Part shown: positions 47,661 to 64,000 of the stretch, one piece after another
How the letters are laid out: each line of letters starts with the position of its first letter
Position numbering within the stretch: position 1 is the first letter of the stretch
Source: the human T2T-CHM13v2.0 reference genome, Homo sapiens
Assembly: GCF_009914755.1 (NCBI RefSeq)
Contig: NC_060939.1
DNA: 64,000 nt
Strand: one strand, 5' to 3'
Notes under the pieces: generated by a model
Told to the model about the DNA's origin: nothing
The model's input: only the letters and a program-made list of their open reading frames with translations
Databases searched by the model: none
Made by a program: the position numbers and the translations under genes

Positions 47661-49536
47661 GAATCCACGAGATGTCTATAGAGGAAACCATGACAAGCTT
47701 TGGCATAAAGTTGCTGCTTTGTGAATGATAATTAATGGCACTGATTATGACATCTCCTCTCTCTGTGAGTTGTGGACATTCTCTGATGGCATGCTTACTT
47801 TAACTTAGCAGACACACAGTCACAGAAGACTTTGCTCCAGAAAAAAGGGTTTACAAACCATCCTTCCATTCAGGATGGGGAGAAAAAGTCAAATATGTAT
47901 CATTAAAAATGTCTTCTGAGTAGCCATTGGCAGTTATTTAACCACTTTTATATGAACAAAAGTAACTCACATAGTAGTTTAATAAAAAGCTGACATTCAT
48001 TTTTATTATGTGAGAAACTCCTAGATGATGTTTTGACTTGTTAAAAAAGTGATAATATGGTAATGGTAATTTAAAAATATTTATTCAAAAGCTTACAAAA
48101 AGCTTTTGTCTATACTGAAAAATAATAATAATTAGGGCTTTCTGTTAAAAGATGTCACTAAAGGCATTTTTAAAAATTCCATTTTCCTCCTTTGAAACCC
48201 AACAAAAAACCCACTAAAAGAATGAAAGAGAAGGAACACTGTGTCTTCAATGAACAATGAAATGGCCACAATCCCAAACTATAAATTATGAAACACACCT
48301 GCCAAAGACCATAAAATCTGGACCAGAATGAGGGGGAAGGCTGAGAGCTGACAAATATTTCCTCAGGCGCCGAGCAGGGTATAGATTTCCCTAGGAGTAA
48401 ATGTGGCAGTCCTGAAAGGCCTGTTCTAGTTCTTTGATGACAGAGACTAGATCCTGGATCATGAAGTACCTCGGAAAAAAAACTGAGGATGTCCCTTGCA
48501 GAACCATGATGGGAGACATAGCTGAGGGAGAAGGCATATTTTTATGCCTCCTTGCCAAGGAAGGCTGCCAGAGATGAAGTGGTATGAAAGAAGGAGGGGG
48601 GAGGGGCAGCAATTGTTGGATTATTACACAGTAAGCCAGTTATTTAAGAGGCTCTTTTATTTGTCTCATCAACTATTCAAATTCGAAAATCTGAAAGGAG
48701 ATGTGGGTAGAGGAAATAAGAGATTTGGTGACAGAATGTTGAAGACAACAAATGGATGTAAAGTCTCCTAGCTCGTTTCTCCCACCCGTGTTACTCACAA
48801 ACAGCCAGCTGTATTCAAAGCACCAGCATAATATCTATGCACCAAAACTAGGGGGAAAAATCAAAAGGGAGGGAGGAAGTCATGGGATGGGGGAATGGAG
48901 CATAAAGCAAGAGTCACATGGATAACATAAGATTTTCCCCAGAGAAAAGTTGAGACAGATAGGTTCTATACTTCCAAGGAAGTTATAGTCTTGATGTCTA
49001 GGGAAAAAGTGGCTTTAAAGTGAGGTTTGAGTTCAAAAAAGAGACTATAAGACAACAGAAGGAGATGGAAAGACAACTGCAACAGTCAGGAAAAAAGAAA
49101 AATTTTTAAATGGCAGATACAAAAATAGCAAACACAAAACTTACATTACAAGCAACAACTTAAGAAAATAAAGGAAATGACTGGAAATAAAGGGAGATGG
49201 GATACAGACTGGAATAAGTCATATAAAATTATATGGAAAAGAACAAAGATGTAAAATTGGTTTTTAGTGGCCATAAGGGATATGGAAGACGGACAAAGGA
49301 GATCAAACATAAACACAATTGGTATTTGTTGAGAAGAACAAAACACATGGAACAGAAAAGTATTCAGAGACAAAATAAGGGGAATTAATTCCCTTTAATA
49401 AAAGCTTTTATCTGCAAGTCATAATAGCACAGCATGCGCCACTAAGCCTGTGTAAGATGCTGAACCTCGTGGATAAAGCAAAACCCCCTTTGAACAGAAA
49501 GTCAACCAAATAAACTAAAAATTCTCATCTTCATAG

Positions 49537-49900
49537 GAGCATTCAATGCAAGAGGACAATGGAGCAGGATCTACACAATTCTAAAGAAAAGCAAGCATGA
49601 CTCAAGGATTTCCTCTTCATCCTGTGTTCTTCATGTAGAGAGACAGCAGAGAGGCAGTCAGAGAATACTGTCTGATAAGCCCTTGAAAAAGCTGTAGGGC
49701 CAAGATGAGATACAGAGATGACTCAAAACAGAGAATCCAGGAATGCATAGATCCTGGTAAAAAAGGTGGGAGATGAGTAATAAATTCATTTGTGTAGGAT
49801 TAAGACTAATCAACTAACAATTATATTATAGAACATAACATAAATATCAGAAATCTTGACATTATCTAAATAATAAAATGAAAACTAATTGAGATTTGGA
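49537..49900 (+). other. ADAMTSL3: Candidate alternative terminal exon in intron 19 (adds EHSMQEDNGAGSTQF*)
   Basis: Acceptor attctcatcttcaTAG|G, phase 0, TAA at 49582-49584, AATAAA at 49779 and 49872. Prediction from motifs only; the 3' end is uncertain. Confidence 0.4.
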
Positions 49901-49913
49901 GAGATGAGGTAGA

Positions 49914-50282
49914 TGATATAGTTTGGCTGTGTCCCCACCCAAATCTCATCTTGAATTGTAGTTCCCATAATTCCCATGTGTTGTGGGAGGGACTCAGTTG
50001 GAGATAATTGAATCATGGGGGCAGTTTCCCTCATACTGTTCTCGTGGTGGTAAATGAGTCTCACGAGATCTGATGGTTTTATAAGGGGTTTCCCTTTTCG
50101 CTTGGCTCTCATTCTCTCTTGCCTGCTGCCATGTAAGACGTCCCTTTGCCCTTCCTTTGTCTTCTGCCATGATTGTGAGGCTTCCCTAGCCACGTGGAAC
50201 TGAGTCTATTAAACCTCTTTCCTTTATAACTTACCCAGTCTTGGGTATGTCTTTATTAACAACATAAGATTGGACTAATACA
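49914..50282 (+). mobile_element. THE1 (THE1B-like) solo LTR
   Basis: TG...CA ends (tgatatagtttggctgtgtcccc...ggactaataca), perfect 5-bp TSD GTAGA (49909-49913 and 50283-50287), ATTAAA at 50208. Confidence 0.93.
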
Positions 50283-50683
50283 GTAGAGGAAATGTAAGTG
50301 TGCTTATTTCCTCATCCTTCTTAGTAGCAAGTCAATAAATACTCTCCTAAGTCAAATTGTCATTAAAAATAACTATCCAAATCTCTTGTTGGTTTATTTA
50401 ATCTTCTTTATTAACTTTAGAGTGTTCTTTCGGGAATTAATCATGGTTTAAAAAATATCAAACATTCAACAACTCTAATTTTACTTTAATGTCTTTTTTT
50501 CTAATATATCTAATAAAATTGCATTAAATTTTTAAGTTGAAATTGCATGTATACACACTGATTATTACTATTCATGTTACTCTATATATGGCAGTTTGGG
50601 TGATTTTTTAAAAACTTTCCTTTTTATACATTTGTATTTCTTGGATACTTGGTAATGAGTATCGTAAAATCAAAATCAGCCAT

Positions 50684-58085
<7,402 letters not shown>

Positions 58086-58165
58086 TGGCTAAAAAATAAA
58101 TTAGATATTAATTGCAATGCCAAAAAAATCCCACGATAATAAATTACTGGAAATTACTATCTCCA

Positions 58166-58282
58166 AAAGAAAGAGTGAGATGGAAGGAGGGGGAGGGCGG
58201 TAGAGAGGACATGACTGAAGGAAAAAGAGAAAGAAAGAAAGGAAGAGAAGGGAGGGGAGGGAAGGGGAGGAGAGGAGGAAGA
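58166..58282. repeat. GA-rich polypurine tract
   Basis: Directly visible. Confidence 0.85.
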
Positions 58283-58446
58283 AACTCTCCATGACATAAA
58301 AGATGTTCAAGCCTAGGAAATGGCTTTCTTCTTGGCACATCCGTACTGAAAATTTCCTCTTGTTTCACCCTTGGAGACTTTGCTGTTGTTGGCTGGGTCT
58401 GCCTGCTCATGCTCCATTTGACTCTGTTGCACAACTCTCATTTCAG

Positions 58447-58600
58447 TGTTCTGTCAGTTGTGGTGTTGGAATCCAGAGAAGAAAGCAGGTGTGTCAAAGG
58501 CTGGCAGCCAAAGGTCGGCGCATCCCCCTCAGTGAGATGATGTGCAGGGATCTACCAGGGTTCCCTCTTGTAAGATCTTGCCAGATGCCTGAGTGCAGTA
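58447..58600 (+). CDS. ADAMTSL3: ADAMTSL3 coding exon (probably exon 20): CSVSCGVGIQRRKQVCQRLAAKGRRIPLSEMMCRDLPGFPLVRSCQMPECS
   Basis: Acceptor ctctcatttcAG|TGT, donor GTA|GTAAGT at 58601. 154 nt, phase 0 to phase 1. Completes the TSR begun by ...DWSK. Confidence 0.95.
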
Positions 58601-59238
58601 GTAAGTATGCGGTGTCCGCGCTTCACCAAGATATGCTGATTCTGTTCATTTTGTCCCGATGTCTTTATTTTCCATACGTCAACAGATTTCTAATCTGTGG
58701 GTAAGGCAACTCAAGCTGTACTCAGTGTTGTTTTCGGCAGCGATCAGTAGAACGTGGAAGACCAAGATATAGTTCTAAGAAAAGTCTGTTTTAAGAAATG
58801 TCCGCCCACTTAACAAATGCATCTTTTAGGCTTCCTCATTTGGATTTATGTCCTCTACTTTACCATAATTCCTTCTGCTTAGAGTTCAGGAGTGTTCCAT
58901 GTAGAAGTTAAGCCAAAATACCTCCTGGTTCACTTTGCTAGGATTGCATTTGGACTTAATTAAAAGTAGAAGAGCTACGTATTTTTAAGCATTCAAGTAT
59001 TTTTTCTTGTGTATAATCTAAAATTGGCAAGGATAAAAACATGAAAGAACTTTGATTTAAAAATGGCAGTTTGTACACCTCAATTAATTATGAATAATGA
59101 GCTTACTATAAAGAGTTCATATTATGGCTTCATTATAGCCAAAGCTAATATGCATGTAGCATTCATCTGTATTTTCAGTGTACATGATAGAATATATTTT
59201 TACACATGAATATGTATGTTTCATATAAGAGTTATGTG

Positions 59239-59728
<490 letters not shown>

Positions 59729-59837
59729 TCACCTGTGAAATAACATTTATTATATCAGTTACCCTCCTGAACGTTTGGTAAGGAAAAAAATTAAAAATGA
59801 ACTATTCTTATTTTAATGCTGCTTAGGAGAGGAAAAC

Positions 59838-59911
59838 ATATATATATATATGTCTTTTATATATATGTTTTATATATATGTTATATATATATGATATATA
59901 ACATATATATA
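59838..59911. repeat. (TA)n-rich repeat
   Basis: Directly visible. Confidence 0.9.
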
Positions 59912-59984
59912 AAACTTCAATTTACCAACACCTTTCCTGGAGAAACTCACAAAACAAAATAAGACAAATAATTAAGTTTTTTTT

Positions 59985-60200
59985 AAGTAGTGACATTTAT
60001 TGAGCAATTACTATGTGGAGTTCTTTGCATGCATTATCTCATTTAGTCCCCTGAACAACATTGTGAGGCAGATACTATCTCCATCTGGAGATGAGAAACC
60101 CAAGCCATAGAAAAGGCATGAGACTTGCCTAAGGCTCCCTGGCTGCCAGCTGAACTGCTTGACCACAAGTCTGTCTGATTCTTTAGCCCACGTTTTTAGC
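59985..60200 (-). mobile_element. MIR
   Basis: acatttattgagc...attatctcatttagtcc...agatgagaaacc...gacttgcctaagg. Confidence 0.7.
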
Positions 60201-62169
60201 TGCCTCTCTATGCTGATTCATGGACAACAGTAACATTTTTTTCCTGAGGAACACATTTCCAAAATCTTGAGTCCAAAAACTTGAGATTCCAAGTTGTAAA
60301 GTCTCCTGGAATTCAGGAGTGTCTGTAGCATATGGCGTACTATCATGCTTCGTTCAAGTTGCCTCTCTATCTGATTTTTATTAATTGCGGATGGTTGCAT
60401 AGCAGTGTGGCTAGACTGTAAAAACTGCCTTAGAGGAGAGTGAAATTAAAGTGATACTGGCAGCTTCCTCTAAAATAATAACAGAATAGCATGTGGAAAT
60501 ACAACGTGGTTATTATGGCATCCAATGTGGTACAAGATGAAATTATAAATTATTTTGGCATGCATTGAGGAGCAGAGAAAATTACAAGTTGTAGGGAGAA
60601 AGAAAAAACACAAGAAAAAAAGACAGTAATATTTTTTCTTTACTCCACCCCACTCCTGCCTGCCAAACATGTAGGTCATGAAGGTAGACAAGAGACAGGA
60701 ATGCATGCTCCCAGCACAGCCAACGCACCCTGAGTTGGGCCCCCACTTCAGCTGTAGCCTCGCCTCACTCCATAATCTTTGATCACTAGCCCTTGCTTGC
60801 TGAAATGTAGGTTCTGCTTCTACACTTTCACATAGCATCCTCTTCACCACCATATGACAGAGCAAGAGATGAGGTTGGCATTCTCTTATCCTCTCTACAC
60901 CGTTTCCCTGCTGTCTTCACACACTTAGCACGTAGATTGCCCCGTCTCATACCTTCAAAGGCACCATGTGCAGACCCTACAAGACACTCTTCACCCTTCT
61001 TCAGGACACACCACCACCAGGACCATGATTTCTCTCCAACGTTTCCTAACATCCAAGACAACCAATATCTGTGATGATGACCTTTCTAACACCTGATATC
61101 CCAATTTCCCAACCTCATCAATTCCACTGACCCCATCACCTTGGCATGGTAACCCCTTAGACTTCCTCACTACTTGGCACTCAGAATTAGCTTCTTGTTC
61201 TGCCTTACCCTCAACTCACTCCTGCTTATTTAGTTAGTGCCTCACCATGACCTCTGGTTCTTCCATATCTCCTTATTATCCCCAGTTTCTGCTCTTGCAC
61301 TAGAAACCTTAGCCGGCATTCCTTAGGTCTCCACTTAACCAACTCTATCGCCAAATCTTTATACCTTTCATTAACCTCCTGTACTGACCCCTGCTCAGCT
61401 TCAACCCTGGTATTACCTTTCAAGTGATTTGTTTGTTGGTGGGTTGGTTCCCTAGCCTGAGCCACCAGGATTTCCTAAAGAAAATAATATCACCGTGCTA
61501 ATTTGATATGTTTCATATTTATGCTATTTTAGAGGGGCAATAATGGCTTTGTGCCCTATTTTCTAAGAATGCCCTAGAAATTCACCATAGCAACTATTTC
61601 CTAACTACTGTACTGACCCATTTCTCTATCAATGAACTTGTCTTTCATTCCATTAGGAATATCAAGGCTAAAGTGGCATAATGTCGTGATTTTCCTCTCT
61701 GTTTCACCTCAAATCTACCCCCTCTCCTCCTCAGATTAGAAATGTATGATCTACTCCATCCATTATGGAAGGGGGTCCGTAGACAAGAAAATCAGGCCCA
61801 GTAGTGCTGTGAACTTTATTTTCTACCAAGGTTTCAATTCTAGAAAATGTGGCCTAATCGGTGCCTTGGGTTTAAGTAAAACCCATCCTCTTTGGAGGGG
61901 TAATTTTTCTTGGCTCTGACCCTTTTGGTGTGCAGCAGGTCCAAGTCAGGTGGGAAAGATGTCTTCTGCTCCCCCTAGAGGCCAACAGCATACCCTATAG
62001 TCCAATGACACCCACCGCCTGCTTCTCCCCAAACAATCCCTGCACAGTCCCCTTGTTCAAATTCTTTCTGTCCCCATAGCTAGTGACTGAAGTTCTTCCT
62101 GCTCCTGAAGGGTCAACACAAACCCTACCTTCCCCAGTAAGCTTTCTCAGTCGCACTTAATGTCTGAAG

Positions 62170-62410
62170 GATAATATGACATTGTGGTTGAGCTAACTCA
62201 CCTGAGTTCAAATCCTAGTTCTTCCAGTACCTCATCATGTGACACTGAGCAAGTTATTTAACCTATGTGGGTCTCAGTTTTCTCATCTGTAAAATGAGAA
62301 TAGTCTTTATACCTACCTCACGGGACCATTCTGAGAATCATGAATTAATACCTATAAAGTGCTTCGAATCAATGCCAGGCACACACTAAAAGCTCAAAAA
62401 TATTGATTAT
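62170..62410 (+). mobile_element. MIR
   Basis: cctgagttcaaatcctag...gagcaagttatttaacct...ctcagttttctcatctgtaaaatgagaata core. Confidence 0.8.
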
Positions 62411-62856
62411 TTTTAAGGTCTTTTTATCTCATTTCTATTATAGATTTAACACAGGATAAAATGTAATAAGTAAGTTGTGTTGTATATTCTGGCCTATTAG
62501 GGTATGAGCTTGTATGGGGTAGGTACACAGCACCTCTGGATATTCTGTTTTGTCTTTTTCTATATAATCCCCCAACATGTTTATCAGAATGAATTGTATT
62601 CATGGACATTCTTTTTAAATATGTTAGATGTGGTTCATTCTCAAAGTGCTGTTAGAAATCTACCTATCTTGGTTTCCAATCAGGCATCTGAAGAAAAGAA
62701 GGATAACAGAAATATGTAGTGTTTGATTTTAGATTTTTTAAATTATGACTTTTAGGGTTCCTGAGCTTTGGTAAAGAAGAATTTTTATTTTTCCCCAAAG
62801 TACTGAGATCAGGATGGATTAGGGAAGAGGAACCCAGGCATGCCCTATTTTATTGA

Positions 62857-63265
<409 letters not shown>

Positions 63266-63509
63266 AGCCTGCGTCTTTAGTTCTCCAGCCTCCTACACAC
63301 CTCTTGGACTTTACCATTAGAATATGGTCTCCCCTGCTCTAACTCCTCCTCTAGCTTTGCTAGTTCTGGCTGCTTCCAGTAACACCCATCCCTGCTTGTC
63401 ATAGCTACAGTCGTAGAGACCCAGCCAGGCAGAGGCCTACCTCACCAGCACCCTCTTGGGCTGGCGGCACTTCCTGCAGGGTCCCAGGACGTACGTGTTA
63501 CTTTTTCTT

Positions 63510-64000
63510 TTACTCATTCATTGCCTTAATTCATTCAACAAACAGAAGGCAGTGGTCAGTGACACTGGGTGGTTAGAGGTCAGGAAGAAATTCACAGAGG
63601 AGGAACTCTTGAGCAGACTTCTGAATGACATGTCTGTTCATCGGGCCCACATGTGGGTAGATACAGAAGAATGTGAGGAAGGAGAGCAGTGTGGATAAAA
63701 GTAGGGGGTGTCAAATGGAGTGGTAAGTTTGGGGGAACTTCAGCAGATTCCATAGGACTAGAACATAGGTTCAAGAGAGAGCTTGCAAAGTTAGCTATAG
63801 AGACTCTTGAACTCCATGTGAAGGAGTTAAAATTGTATCCAAGAAGGAAGTGACTTGGTCAGGTTTTATTTTAGTTCATTTACTCTAAGAGCTATATAGA
63901 TATATTGGGGAAATATGAGAGTATGGCTGGGAGTCTAGTGAAGGGGATATGACAATATCTTGGTGAGAGAGCATGAGAGTAGAAGCAATGGGGATGAATT
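63510..64000 (-). mobile_element. L2 fragment running to the window end
   Basis: ctcattcatt...ttcattcaacaaac tail plus a purine-rich body. Confidence 0.55.

Overview
Primate (human or near-human great ape) genomic DNA covering the middle of ADAMTSL3 (ADAMTS-like 3 / punctin-2), transcribed on the + strand. Five coding exons are visible: 1053-1339, 11861-11990, 30555-30747, 30862-31041 and 58447-58600. They are probably exons 16-20. They splice in one continuous frame with GT-AG boundaries (944 nt, about residues 567-882) and encode consecutive thrombospondin type-1 repeats. The rest is intronic and repeat-rich: about 10 Alu/FLAM copies, two near full-length but disabled L1s in divergent orientation (36.8-44.5 kb on -, 50.7-57.1 kb on +), older L1M/L2/MIR fragments, MaLR LTRs (MLT1, THE1), DNA-transposon MITEs (MER58, MER44, MER5, MER63) and microsatellites. 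There are no RNA genes, CRISPR arrays or prokaryote-type systems, and almost all ORF-track entries are repeat-derived or spurious. I cannot claim a new biological system. The observations most worth follow-up are: (1) two phase-compatible candidate alternative last exons (19074 and 49537) that would give truncated, TSR-only secreted isoforms of about 724 and 845 aa; (2) a 201-bp, 100%-identical non-tandem duplication of ancient L1 sequence pasted 1.96 kb downstream (24040-24240 copied to 25999-26199); (3) the Leu661/Phe869 alleles; (4) a symmetric exon 19 whose skipping would remove exactly one TSR. Repeat subfamily calls and residue/exon numbering come from recognition and recall, not from a database search.
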